DNA of 64,000 nt from Thermodesulfobacteriota bacterium (GCA_041572575.1 JBFFSH010000002.1:1-64000), one strand, 5' to 3'. Shown: positions 42,219 through 52,386, counted from the first letter of the stretch. Translations and numbers: made by a program. Notes: generated from the sequence alone by a model not told the origin.

Positions 42219-43598
42219 TTACTTAGTCTTAATTATTTTTAATTTTATTGCTATATCACCTTTAACCCTAAACTTATCTGACATTCTTAAGCCACCAACC
42301 CAGGCAATTTCACGGTTTATAATAAAAAGGGGATAGAGCTTTCTTAAGTATCTGGGGATTTTTTCATCAATAAAAAAGTCCTTTAATTTCTTCTCTCCTT
42401 TCATTCCAAATGGAGTGAATTTATCACCAGGCCTCCAGTTTCTAATCTCTACCGGGAACTTTACTTTCTTAGGATTTAGCAGTGCAACATCTGTGCCTTG
42501 ATCAAGATTTTTAGTTTTAGTTTTCTTTATAACAAATGAAACATGTTCAAAGTCATATTGTCCAAAATCATAAATTTTATATGAATAATTGGGATTAATC
42601 ACTGACTTTTTTGTGACAATTAAATCATCATAACTCTTTGCTATGATTAAATTATTTGGAAGATTTACTTCGCCTGAAATCTTTTTTGAAGACATCAGTT
42701 CAAGTGCTGCCTCTATATGGTCAAAATCAATATTTAGAAGATTTTCGTTAACCCTGGAAACCGCTTCTCTTAGTAAAGTAAACTGAATCAATCTGTGTGT
42801 TTTTTTAAATTTCTTTAGACTCGTAGTATAAAAAGCCTCTGCAGTTTTCCTGAATAATTTTTTAAATAGCTTACTCGTATGCTCTGAAACAAAAGAGTCT
42901 TTTTCTGTAAACTGATAAGAGGTTCTAAGAACATTTTCGGTGATATTAGGGTTTAACTCTTTTAAGACCGGTACAAGCTTGTGTCTTACTCTATTCCTAA
43001 AAAAATCAATTTCCGCATTGGAACTATCTTCAACCCATTTGATTTTATTTTCTTTTAGATATTTTTTTATTTCATCTTTAGTGATTTCCAAAAGCGGTCT
43101 TACAATATCGTCTCTTTTAATGGGTATTCCAGAGAGACCTTTAAGTCCTGACCCGCGTATAAGCCTCATAAACACGGTCTCCAACTGATCATCTGCCGTA
43201 TGAGCCGTTGCTACTTTGTCTGCGCCATATTTCTTGGTTAAAAACTCAAAGAACTTATATCTTATGATACGGGCCGACTCCTCTATTCCCTTTCCAAGCT
43301 CCTTTTTTATAACTGAAGCATTTTCAACTAGAAGCTCAAACTCCAACCCCCTGTCTTTACACACCTTTTTTACAAATTCAGCATCTCTGTCAGATTCTTT
43401 TCCCCTAAGACAGTGGTTTACATGAGCTACTATAATACTAAGCTCATATTGATTTAACTGTGATAATGCATGTAATAAAAAGACAGAGTCTGCCCCGCCG
43501 GATACCCCCACAATAATGGTGTCATTTTTGGAAAGCAGATTATGCTTAGTAATCGACTGGTGTACTTTTTTTAATAAGCTCAAAATCTTTTGCTGCAA
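42219..43598 (-). CDS. tilS: tRNA(Ile)-lysidine synthetase
   Basis: SGGADS, TAHT.DDQ.ET, RPLL, RNRVRH, KKLKDFFID; TTG start overlaps the upstream gene. Confidence 0.95.
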   Translation of the reverse strand: MQQKILSLLKKVHQSITKHNLLSKNDTIIVGVSGGADSVFLLHALSQLNQYELSIIVAHVNHCLRGKESDRDAEFVKKVCKDRGLEFELLVENASVIKKELGKGIEESARIIRYKFFEFLTKKYGADKVATAHTADDQLETVFMRLIRGSGLKGLSGIPIKRDDIVRPLLEITKDEIKKYLKENKIKWVEDSSNAEIDFFRNRVRHKLVPVLKELNPNITENVLRTSYQFTEKDSFVSEHTSKLFKKLFRKTAEAFYTTSLKKFKKTHRLIQFTLLREAVSRVNENLLNIDFDHIEAALELMSSKKISGEVNLPNNLIIAKSYDDLIVTKKSVINPNYSYKIYDFGQYDFEHVSFVIKKTKTKNLDQGTDVALLNPKKVKFPVEIRNWRPGDKFTPFGMKGEKKLKDFFIDEKIPRYLRKLYPLFIINREIAWVGGLRMSDKFRVKGDIAIKLKIIKTK

Positions 43599-44211
43599 GC
43601 CCCCCGGATATTATTACTTTAAATGCTTCCTCGACTGTGATCGATACTTCCTGGACTTCGCTTTCCGGAAGCATTAGATAATAGCCTGAAGTTGGGTTTG
43701 GAGTATTTGGTACAAAAATACTAAGCAGTGTATCGTCGGTATCATCTATTGCCTTGTTTGCAACATTCCCAGTAACAAATCCAAGACAGAAAATACCTTT
43801 TCTTGGAAACTCAAGCATGATTACCCTTTTAATACCCTTAAATCCTCTGCTGAAAAGCACAGTCTCAATCATTTGCTTTGAGGCAGAATAAATTGACCTT
43901 GCAAATGGAATTTTTGAGATAATGTTTTCGCTAAAATTAAGGAGCTTCCCACCAAGGTAGTTTCTGGCAATAATTCCAACAGCAATAATTATTATAAGCG
44001 CACCGATCAGGCCAATTGAAAAAGTGGCGTATTGATAAAGGGGTTTTGGAAGCACTGATAAGGGTTCTATAAACTTTGCGGGTACAAAGCTAATAAATCT
44101 TACTACCCAGAGACTAATTTTATAAACAACAAAAAGAGTCAGTCCGAATGGGATTATCACCAGCAATCCCGTGAGAAAACTTCTTTTAATAGAACCCGAT
44201 ATATGACTCAT
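43546..44211 (-). CDS. DUF502 membrane protein
   Basis: FLTGLLV.IP, IP..RSIY, FVPNTPNPTSGY, EEAFK.IISGG. Confidence 0.9.
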   Translation of the reverse strand: MSHISGSIKRSFLTGLLVIIPFGLTLFVVYKISLWVVRFISFVPAKFIEPLSVLPKPLYQYATFSIGLIGALIIIIAVGIIARNYLGGKLLNFSENIISKIPFARSIYSASKQMIETVLFSRGFKGIKRVIMLEFPRKGIFCLGFVTGNVANKAIDDTDDTLLSIFVPNTPNPTSGYYLMLPESEVQEVSITVEEAFKVIISGGLAAKDFELIKKSTPVDY

Positions 44212-44217
44212 TAAATA

Positions 44218-44505
44218 TTATTGCTCGGAATTTAGGGCATCCCTCAAAAACCTGCTGGATTTGAACACAACCACTTTTCTCTCACCAATAGTTATGTCTT
44301 CTCCGGTTGAAGGATTCCTGCCTTTTCTGGCATTTCTATTCTGAGTTCTAAAACTTCCAAATCTCGGAAGCTTGATTGACTGTCCATTGCTTAATATTTC
44401 TTTTAGGTTATTAAAGAAAAATTCTACTATTTCTGATGATTCTCTTTTGGATAGTCCAATCCTTGAATGTAATACTTCTCCCAACTCTTTTTTAGTCATA
44501 CCCAC
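44218..44505 (-). CDS. ihfA: Integration host factor alpha
   Basis: MTKKEL, FGSF, RKGRNPSTGE.I.I..RKVVVFK; follows pheT. Confidence 0.9.
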   Translation of the reverse strand: MGMTKKELGEVLHSRIGLSKRESSEIVEFFFNNLKEILSNGQSIKLPRFGSFRTQNRNARKGRNPSTGEDITIGERKVVVFKSSRFLRDALNSEQ

Positions 44506-44517
44506 ACCTCTTTATTA

Positions 44518-46932
44518 TCAGGAACGCATACGCGCATCTAAGCTTTCACTTAGTTTATCAAATATAGAAGATTGTACAAGATTTGCCTGTTCATCAGTAA
44601 GTGTGGTTTCCTTGGACCTTATAATAAGTGAAATGGAAACACTCTTTTGACCCGTCTTGGCCAGGTCACCCTCACTGTAAACATCAAATATTTTTACATT
44701 CTCTATTAATTCATTTTCTGTTTTCTTAATTTCTTCCAGTATCCTCTTTACACTTATACTACTATCTACAACTAATGACAAGTCCCTTTTTGTATAGGGA
44801 AACCTTGGAATAGGTGTAAATTTGCTGACATTTTGTTTCTGTGTTTCAAGTAAAGCACTAAGGTCAATCTCTGATATAATTACATCAGTATCTATATCAA
44901 GACTCGATAAAAAATCAGGATGCAGATATCCCAAGTAACCAATTTCAAATCCGTCTGACATAATCAAAGCTGATTTTCCCGGATGAACAAAAATAATGCT
45001 TGATGCATCAGCTTCAAGGTCTACTCTGCCGTCCAGCCTTAAAAACGAAATCAGATTAATAAGCAAGTTCTTTAAATCAAAAAAGTCATATTTTCTTTTA
45101 TCCCATAGCTCATTATCATTTTCAACTGATGCAGCTATACAAAGCTTTAGATTTTCCTCCATCCCATTTTTAGTCTTTTCATAAGTCCTTGAAATCTCAA
45201 AGAGCTTAATATCTACCGCCTGATTGTTGAGATTTCTCTTATAATTATCAAGCACGCTCTGAATAATGGAAGTTCTCATACAAGACTGCTCTGTAGTAAG
45301 CGGATTTACTAAATCTATTCCTGCTTTTTTTGAAAACATCTGCAGTGCACCCGGATCAGAAAAACTGTAATTTATCACTTCACTAAATCCTGAACCGGCA
45401 AGAAATTTCTTTATCTCCCTTACTGAGCTAAAATTGCCTTTAGTGTTTATATCGCTTTTTACTGAAACCTGAGGCAGCGTGAAAGGCACAGAGTTATAAC
45501 CATAAATTATTGCAATATCCTCAATGAGATCAATCTCCCTTGTGAGATCCACCCTGTATGTTGGCACCCTGCAATTAACAATGTTTCCATCCGAGCCTTC
45601 AATTTCTACATCCATAGAGTTTAATATGCTCTCAATTTCACTGTTTGAGAGATTAATCCCAACTGCTGAATTGAGGTTTTGTGTGTTTAGGTTTATTAAT
45701 ATAGGTTTAGCTTTTTTAGGATAAACATCTACGATGGCTTTATTAACCCTACCCGACGCTAATGCACTGAGCAGATAGCTTGTCCTATCTACCACCATGT
45801 CTATTGATTGAGGGTCAAGACCTCTTTCAAACCTGTAAGATGACTCCGTAGAAAGCTTTAATCTCTTTGATGTCTTTCTAACAGTTGTTGGATCAAAATA
45901 TGCACACTCAAGTACTAAAGAGGTAGTGCTGTCAGACACTTCAGAATTTTCTCCACCCATAACCCCCGCAATAGCAATCGGCTTTGAAGCATCACAAATA
46001 AGTAAATCATCCGGTGTCAGTTCTCTTTCGTTTTTATCAAGGGTGTTAATCTTTTCATCCTGTTTTGCAGTTCTTACTATAACCTTCAATCCTTCCAGAA
46101 ACTTAGCATCAAACGCATGTAAAGGATGACCATATTCAAGCATCACATAGTTTGTAATATCGACTACATTATTGATGGCCCTAACTCCGCAGGCCTGCAG
46201 CCTTTGCCTAAGCCACCAGGGTGATTTACGTATTTCGAGATTATCTATATATCTTCCCGTGTATCTTGGGCACCGGTCTTCGTCTTTTATCTCGACTCTA
46301 AGATTACTATTTTCTTTAATATCAAAAACTTCATAACTATTTTCAGGGTATTTTATTTTTCTGTTAACCACAGCCGAGAGCTGTCTTGCCACACCCAATA
46401 CACTAAGGCAGTCGGGTCTGTTGGGGGTTACCCCAATCTCAAACACCCAGTCATCAAGTCCCAGCGCTTCTACAATAGTGCTTCCAAGAGAAGGATTTTC
46501 ATCAGTTAAGATCATAATTCCTTCGCTATCTTCTCCAAGACCAATCTCATTTTCTGCACACAGCATACCTTCAGATACTTCGCCCCTGATTTTAGATTTC
46601 TTGATTTTTATTCCGTCCGGAAACTTTGCAGTTTTTGGAAGTTTTGCTCCAATCTTGGCAAGCGCAACAATGTCTCCATCTTTCATATTTTTTGCGCCAC
46701 ATACGATATTATAGTCTGTGCTACCGTCTGTTACGTCACATATAACAAGCCTGGATGCATCGGGATGCGCCCTAATCTTAAGTATCTTAGCCACTACGAT
46801 GTTATCCAGTCCTGAAGCCAGCGGAGTTACAGACTCTACCTCAAGACCAGCATTTGTGAGAATTTCGGCAAGATCATAAGGATCTTCTTTAATATCAATA
46901 AAGTCTTTAAGCCAGTTAAGTGTAATAAGCAT
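44518..46932 (-). CDS. pheT: Phenylalanine--tRNA ligase beta subunit
   Basis: HPDA.RL, SEGMLC, TPNRPDCLS, SYRFERG, DL.REIDLIE, RDLS (FDX-ACB domain). Confidence 0.97.
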   Translation of the reverse strand: MLITLNWLKDFIDIKEDPYDLAEILTNAGLEVESVTPLASGLDNIVVAKILKIRAHPDASRLVICDVTDGSTDYNIVCGAKNMKDGDIVALAKIGAKLPKTAKFPDGIKIKKSKIRGEVSEGMLCAENEIGLGEDSEGIMILTDENPSLGSTIVEALGLDDWVFEIGVTPNRPDCLSVLGVARQLSAVVNRKIKYPENSYEVFDIKENSNLRVEIKDEDRCPRYTGRYIDNLEIRKSPWWLRQRLQACGVRAINNVVDITNYVMLEYGHPLHAFDAKFLEGLKVIVRTAKQDEKINTLDKNERELTPDDLLICDASKPIAIAGVMGGENSEVSDSTTSLVLECAYFDPTTVRKTSKRLKLSTESSYRFERGLDPQSIDMVVDRTSYLLSALASGRVNKAIVDVYPKKAKPILINLNTQNLNSAVGINLSNSEIESILNSMDVEIEGSDGNIVNCRVPTYRVDLTREIDLIEDIAIIYGYNSVPFTLPQVSVKSDINTKGNFSSVREIKKFLAGSGFSEVINYSFSDPGALQMFSKKAGIDLVNPLTTEQSCMRTSIIQSVLDNYKRNLNNQAVDIKLFEISRTYEKTKNGMEENLKLCIAASVENDNELWDKRKYDFFDLKNLLINLISFLRLDGRVDLEADASSIIFVHPGKSALIMSDGFEIGYLGYLHPDFLSSLDIDTDVIISEIDLSALLETQKQNVSKFTPIPRFPYTKRDLSLVVDSSISVKRILEEIKKTENELIENVKIFDVYSEGDLAKTGQKSVSISLIIRSKETTLTDEQANLVQSSIFDKLSESLDARMRS

Positions 46933-47227
46933 ATTGTTATAATTTATAAACTAAATTTACTATCTCTATTTAATCTTAATCAATGATAATAAACCTTCGT
47001 TCTACAAAATAATCAAATCCAGAGTGATATTGTTTTACTAAAATATCCAGACAAAGCAAACAACGACTTTTTTAATTATAAAAAAATTTATATCCATAAA
47101 AGATTATAATTTAAGAATTTACTGATATATCACTTTAAGTATAATATATAACCTATTGATTTATATATTTATTTTAGTCATAATATATACGAATCAAATC
47201 CAAATTATATTTTAAAAATTTAAAAAT

Positions 47228-48496
47228 ATGAAAATATTAACAAAAACAACAATTTCTTTTCTGTTAATTTTGCTTATAAGCTCAAACATAGATAGTTTTG
47301 CAAAAAATAAGGTAAGGACCGAAATAGACTCTATATCGGCAATTCAGAATATTATCTTTGATACTGCTGCGGGCAAGATCATAGTATCCATACCTGAAGA
47401 TATACTCGCAGGAGATATGATAAGCGGTACGATAACAAAAGAACCTAAAGGAAAAAATGAAAGCGACATGATGGATAATTTATCTAAACTGGATAAATAT
47501 TCTGTAGAGATTAACAATGAAACAACTGTTGTAAGCGAAAGAGATATAAAATTTAATATTCCAAAATCAAGCACCGGCGGAGTAACTTACATGATACTCA
47601 GAGGAGCCAGCGGAGATGAATGGGCAAGAAATTATATTACTTACCAAAATTCTTCTCTAAATATTAAGAGCTATGAAGCGCCTTCTCCATGGGAATATCA
47701 ATCACCAAAGATTGGCAGATCATCAAATCCATCGGTTATAAAAGGACCGTTTGATGGAAATTTTGGCACAACCAGCATTGTAATTGGCAATACATCTGTA
47801 AAGAAAATTGCCGAATCACCAAGAGTGTTGGTGTTTGAAAATCCTTCAAATCCTATAGGCAATATAGATCTGGTTTTAAATGAACGCGGGGTAAATGTTA
47901 AGAGAAAATACAGCAATATCAAAGTTGTTAAAGTTGATGAAAACGGAAGTAGTGAACTAACAGCTACAGGAATTATGGAAACAGATAAGAATAAACAAAT
48001 AACAAAAGAAGCTGAAACACCAATAGAACAAGATGACAGTGTTGTAAAAGTAAACACTGATAGAAAAGGTGATACCTCCGCAATGAATGAAATAGTATCC
48101 GAAAATGAGCGGGGATTTCTTAAAGAATCAAGCATTCCAATAGAATCTGGCAATGAAATTATTAATGCAAAAGCAGATCCTCAAAGCAAAGAAGAAAATA
48201 CAAATAATGCTGCAGGGATTGACAATAATCCAAAAAGTTCATCAACCCAATCAGGCAAATACACAGTACAGATTGCTTCATATAAACAGCAAGAAGATGC
48301 AATGAAGCTTGCAAAGAGACTACAGTCAAAAGGATATGAAGCTTATATAATTCAGGCAAAGGTACCTTCTAAAGGCACATGGCACAGGGTAAGGATAGGA
48401 AGCTATCCAACCAAAACAGAGGCTAAAAATTACGGCAGCCATTTAGCTAAAAATGAACCCCTTATAGACTCAATGTTCGTTACTCTAAATAATTAG
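47228..48496 (+). CDS. Secreted SPOR-domain protein
   Basis: Signal peptide; C-terminal YTVQIASY..A..L..KGY.AYI..WHRVRIGSY. Confidence 0.85.
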   Translation: MKILTKTTISFLLILLISSNIDSFAKNKVRTEIDSISAIQNIIFDTAAGKIIVSIPEDILAGDMISGTITKEPKGKNESDMMDNLSKLDKYSVEINNETTVVSERDIKFNIPKSSTGGVTYMILRGASGDEWARNYITYQNSSLNIKSYEAPSPWEYQSPKIGRSSNPSVIKGPFDGNFGTTSIVIGNTSVKKIAESPRVLVFENPSNPIGNIDLVLNERGVNVKRKYSNIKVVKVDENGSSELTATGIMETDKNKQITKEAETPIEQDDSVVKVNTDRKGDTSAMNEIVSENERGFLKESSIPIESGNEIINAKADPQSKEENTNNAAGIDNNPKSSSTQSGKYTVQIASYKQQEDAMKLAKRLQSKGYEAYIIQAKVPSKGTWHRVRIGSYPTKTEAKNYGSHLAKNEPLIDSMFVTLNN

Positions 48497-48527
48497 AATT
48501 GATAGGATATCCAAAATACCCGTCATA

Positions 48528-48576
48528 CCACTACATATTGTATATATAAAGAAATAATAAATACAATATATTGTGT
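48528..48576. promoter_or_regulatory. Tandem NrdR-like boxes
   Basis: CCACTACATATTGTAT (48528-48543) and ATACAATATATTGTGT (48561-48576) against consensus acaCwAtATaTwGtgt; 33 bp apart. Confidence 0.65.
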
Positions 48577-48610
48577 TCACTGTTTATTTTAAAAATTTGT
48601 AAAATAAGTC

Positions 48611-48639
48611 TTTACAAACATATCAAAAAGCTATAAAAT
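48611..48639 (+). promoter_or_regulatory. Sigma70 promoter of the 48690 ORF
   Basis: TTTACA, 17 bp, TAAAAT. Confidence 0.55.
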
Positions 48640-48689
48640 ACTACAACTAAAGTAATAGATTCAATAATAAGGATTATTGGAGAATAGAG

Positions 48690-49160
48690 ATGGAGACTAT
48701 TGGAAAAATTTTAAGTCTTGTTTTCATAGCGGTTGTGGGTGCCGGTGGAGCAACGATGTATATACTTGATTCCAACAAACCGGTGGTAGAACAAAGAGAG
48801 GTATTCGATGCTGATAAATACCTTGGAAAAGCAGATGATGATCTGGCAAAGTACAGGGAGCATTTAAGAAACAGTTATATCGAAAGCCAGCCACCTGGTG
48901 AACAGGTTTCTACTGTAAAAGCCAATCAGAACGTCTGGAGTGATACATACACAAATAAGCTTCCTGACTTCATATCCGAAGATGAAGTTAAGACTATCGC
49001 ATCGAATCATGAAGTTAATGAGCTTCGCGAGAAGATGAACTTCTGGCATATCAAGTATCACAAATCGCTTAAAAACAAAAAGACATTAGAAGCTAATGAA
49101 GCTTATAAAAAGCATAAAAGCTATAAGTTTGCCTTAGATTACAAGAATACTTTTAATTAA
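48690..49160 (+). CDS. Hypothetical protein with a single N-terminal TM
   Basis: SD GGAG; own promoter and terminator; hydrophobic residues 7-25, then a charged helical domain. Confidence 0.75.
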   Translation: METIGKILSLVFIAVVGAGGATMYILDSNKPVVEQREVFDADKYLGKADDDLAKYREHLRNSYIESQPPGEQVSTVKANQNVWSDTYTNKLPDFISEDEVKTIASNHEVNELREKMNFWHIKYHKSLKNKKTLEANEAYKKHKSYKFALDYKNTFN

Positions 49161-49186
49161 ACTGATTTACTAAATTTTTTAAAGCG

Positions 49187-49226
49187 AAGCCAGACTATAT
49201 CTATATGATGTAGTCTGGCTTTTTTT
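49187..49226 (+). terminator. Intrinsic terminator
   Basis: AAGCCAGACTATAT...ATGTAGTCTGGCTT hairpin followed by a T tract. Confidence 0.8.
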
Positions 49227-49245
49227 ATTCCTTTAATGTGTTATA

Positions 49246-50007
49246 TCATAAATCCAGAAATACCTTGGTCAGAAAAAAATCAGCGATAATAATAAGCACC
49301 AAAGACACTACCACCGTCTTTGTAGTGGAATTTCCAACTCCCTGAGTACCGCCTGAAGCCTTCATTCCTATATAACATGCTATTATCGCTACGATAAGTC
49401 CAAAGAATACAGTTTTAACAATCCCGCTCAAAAAGTCAGCCAACAATACAAAACCCACAATCTCGGATAAAAAAAGTCTAGGTGTAACACTAAGCTCGGT
49501 ATAGGCAATGAGCATGGCTCCTCCAATACCTGCAAGATCCGCTATAACAGCAAGGAGCGGAAATGATATAATGCATGCAATAAGTCTTGGAACCACAAGT
49601 TTTTTAATAGGATCAGCTCCAAGAGTCTTCATAGCGTCCAGTTGTTCAGTTACATTCATAGATCCGATCTCTGCCGTAATACCAGAGCCAACCCTTCCAC
49701 CCACAAGTAGTGAAGACAGAATAGGGCCAAGCTCTCTTACCATTGCAAGTGTAACCAAAGGTCCAACAAGCCCTTTGGCTCCAAAAGCTGCAAACCCGTA
49801 TGCCATCTGAACTACCATAACCATACCTATTGAAACTGATGAGAGGATTACTATTGGAATAGACTTAAAACCCAGCTGATATATCTGTTCCAGAATTAAT
49901 TTTACTTCAATTGGAGGTTTAAAAGAATATATTATTGCCTTATATAAGAGTTTAGTCAGATCCCCCAGATCATTTAAGAAAATTATAGCTGTATTTTTAT
50001 TGTTCAT
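49246..50007 (-). CDS. mlaE: MlaE-family ABC permease
   Basis: RELGP...GGRVGSGITAEIGSM..TEQLDAM..LG.DP..LVVPR; GG..GVG.STT..VV. Confidence 0.92.
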   Translation of the reverse strand: MNNKNTAIIFLNDLGDLTKLLYKAIIYSFKPPIEVKLILEQIYQLGFKSIPIVILSSVSIGMVMVVQMAYGFAAFGAKGLVGPLVTLAMVRELGPILSSLLVGGRVGSGITAEIGSMNVTEQLDAMKTLGADPIKKLVVPRLIACIISFPLLAVIADLAGIGGAMLIAYTELSVTPRLFLSEIVGFVLLADFLSGIVKTVFFGLIVAIIACYIGMKASGGTQGVGNSTTKTVVVSLVLIIIADFFLTKVFLDL

Positions 50008-50545
50008 TTTCTATAAGTTCAAATTCGGAAATAAAGTTTTTAAATTCCTTATAGCCTTTATTAAAATTCAGCACGTCTGAGATGTACGAAAAGTCATAAA
50101 CACATAGCTCCTTTTGGTATACTATAATACTCATCTTTACTCTATTATTATCATATTGGCCATAATACTTACTCTCAAGCGCCCCTTCTTTATTAGCCGT
50201 AGCTACTAACCTTTCAATTAATTGCTTATTTTTTAACCCTGATAGTAGTGAATCGGATAAAGTTGTTAGGTTATAATTGCCAGTGTTGCTGCACGTAGAG
50301 TTAACATTAATAGTCGAGTTTAGTGATTTATTATAGAAGGCTAGATCTCCAAATTCCAGATTTACAATCTTCCAGTTTTCATTTAATTTTCCTACCTTAT
50401 ATGTTATATCTCTTTTTATAAATGTCTGGTCAGTAAAGTTTTTTTTGGTCTCCAGTGATGAGTAAGCCTTAATAAAGTCTACACTGGAACACGAAATCAT
50501 TAACAATAAAAAACTCAGTAGTAATTTAAAACAATTTTGTATCAT
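49997..50545 (-). CDS. Putative lipoprotein (possibly PsbP/DcrB-like fold)
   Basis: Lipobox MISC; GDLAF..VNSTC..CVYDFSY; overlaps the mlaE start. Confidence 0.65.
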   Translation of the reverse strand: MIQNCFKLLLSFLLLMISCSSVDFIKAYSSLETKKNFTDQTFIKRDITYKVGKLNENWKIVNLEFGDLAFYNKSLNSTINVNSTCSNTGNYNLTTLSDSLLSGLKNKQLIERLVATANKEGALESKYYGQYDNNRVKMSIIVYQKELCVYDFSYISDVLNFNKGYKEFKNFISEFELIENEQ

Positions 50546-50679
50546 TTATAATTTGTTTATTTAGTAATATAAAAATATCACAGCAATTTTATATAAGCAC
50601 ATTAAATAATATCTTATAAAATAATAGAATCCATCTTTTGGCAGCACTCATCATAATTAATATTTTACAAATTGGCTAA

Positions 50680-50937
50680 ATGAATAAAATAACAGTATAT
50701 ACTTCTAGCTTTTGCGGGTACTGCATTGCAGCAAAGTCTCTGCTTAGCAAAAAAGGTGTGCCGTTTGAAGAAATTAATCTATCAACTTCACCTGAACTTA
50801 GAGAAGATGTAGTAGAAAAATGGCAATGGCGCACTTTACCTCTAATAATTATTAATGATAACCTCATTGGAGGCTTCAGGGAACTTGCAATGCTTGAGAG
50901 CAGTAATAAACTGGATAGTTTGATAAATTCAGATTAA
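50680..50937 (+). CDS. grxC: Glutaredoxin (GrxC-like)
   Basis: CGYC, TLP.I.IN..IGGF.EL. Confidence 0.88.
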   Translation: MNKITVYTSSFCGYCIAAKSLLSKKGVPFEEINLSTSPELREDVVEKWQWRTLPLIIINDNLIGGFRELAMLESSNKLDSLINSD

Positions 50938-50976
50938 ACTCCTTTCTTTTTTTAAACTAAAATCAAGGATAACAAT

Positions 50977-52386
50977 ATGAGTGTAATTACGAGATTTGCC
51001 CCAAGCCCCACAGGAGCTTTGCATATTGGTGGAGTAAGGACCGCTATATTTAACTGGCTTTATGCAAGACATAATAAAGGCAAATTTTTGCTTAGAATTG
51101 AAGATACCGACCAGCAAAGATCAACCGAGGAGTCTGTAACTGAAATTTTGGAAGGACTTAAATGGCTTGGGCTGGACTGGGACGGCAACCCCGTAAGACA
51201 GTCATCAAACCTGGACAAATATAACGAGTTTGCAAACAAACTCATAGAACAAGGGGATGCTTATAGGTGTTACTGTACTCCTGAAGAGATAGAACAAAGA
51301 AGAGCTGAATTTAAAGAAAAAAATATTACTTACAGATATGAAGGTACTTGCAGAAATAATGACAACAAATACTCGGATAAGTCTTATGCAGTCCGCCTCA
51401 AAACCCCTGAAAATGGTTTTATTGAAATAAAAGATAAACTTAGGGGAACAATAAGCTACGACCTAAAAGAAATAGACGATTTTGTGATTATAAAACGTGA
51501 TGGTTTTCCCACCTATAACTTTGCTGCTGTTATCGATGACTCCTCCATGGGAATAACCGATATAATAAGAGGAGACGACCATCTATCAAACACACCCAAA
51601 CAAGCTCTGATATATAATATGCTTGGACTTAAACTACCAAACTTTGCCCATGTCTCCATGATCCTGGGGCAGGACAAGGCAAAGCTAAGCAAGAGGCATG
51701 GAGCCGTATCCATTTTAGCTTACAGAGATAACGGCTATTTGCCAGAATCCATGCTCAATTTTTTAGTGCGGCTTGGCTGGTCTCATGGTGATCAGGAAAT
51801 ATTTTCTAAAGAGCAGTTAATAGAACTCTTTAATTTAGAGAGTCTTGGCAAAACTCCTGCTGTATTTAACGAAGAAAAACTCTCGTGGCTAAATACTCAT
51901 TATATTAAGAACACAGATATAGAAAATTTAGCAAGACACACAGCCCCATTTTTTGAAAAAAGCGGAATAGATGTAACCCAAAACAGGGATAAGTTTCATG
52001 GTGTATTAAATACTCTTAGAGAAAGAGTTCAAACTCTGGATGAATATCCGGAAAAAAGCATTTATTTTTTCAAAGATGTGAATGTTTATGAGGAAAAAGC
52101 GGATAAAAAGTTTCTAAATGATAAAACACTTCCCATATTACAAAAAATAAAGGATGAGTTATCTGCTGTGGAAATTTTTGAACACGAGATTCTTCACAGC
52201 ACATTTGAAAAAATCATGGCTGACCTTGATCTTAAATTCGGCAAGATTGCACAGCCCCTAAGAGTAGCGCTTACAGGAGGAACTGTAAGCCCCGGAATAT
52301 TTGAGGTAATAGAAACACTGGGAAAGGAAACTACACTAATGAGGCTTGATAATGCAATAAATCACATCCAATCAAATAACCAGTAA
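50977..52386 (+). CDS. gltX: Glutamate--tRNA ligase
   Basis: RFAPSPTG.LHIGG, RIEDTD, KLSKRHG. Confidence 0.97.
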   Translation: MSVITRFAPSPTGALHIGGVRTAIFNWLYARHNKGKFLLRIEDTDQQRSTEESVTEILEGLKWLGLDWDGNPVRQSSNLDKYNEFANKLIEQGDAYRCYCTPEEIEQRRAEFKEKNITYRYEGTCRNNDNKYSDKSYAVRLKTPENGFIEIKDKLRGTISYDLKEIDDFVIIKRDGFPTYNFAAVIDDSSMGITDIIRGDDHLSNTPKQALIYNMLGLKLPNFAHVSMILGQDKAKLSKRHGAVSILAYRDNGYLPESMLNFLVRLGWSHGDQEIFSKEQLIELFNLESLGKTPAVFNEEKLSWLNTHYIKNTDIENLARHTAPFFEKSGIDVTQNRDKFHGVLNTLRERVQTLDEYPEKSIYFFKDVNVYEEKADKKFLNDKTLPILQKIKDELSAVEIFEHEILHSTFEKIMADLDLKFGKIAQPLRVALTGGTVSPGIFEVIETLGKETTLMRLDNAINHIQSNNQ

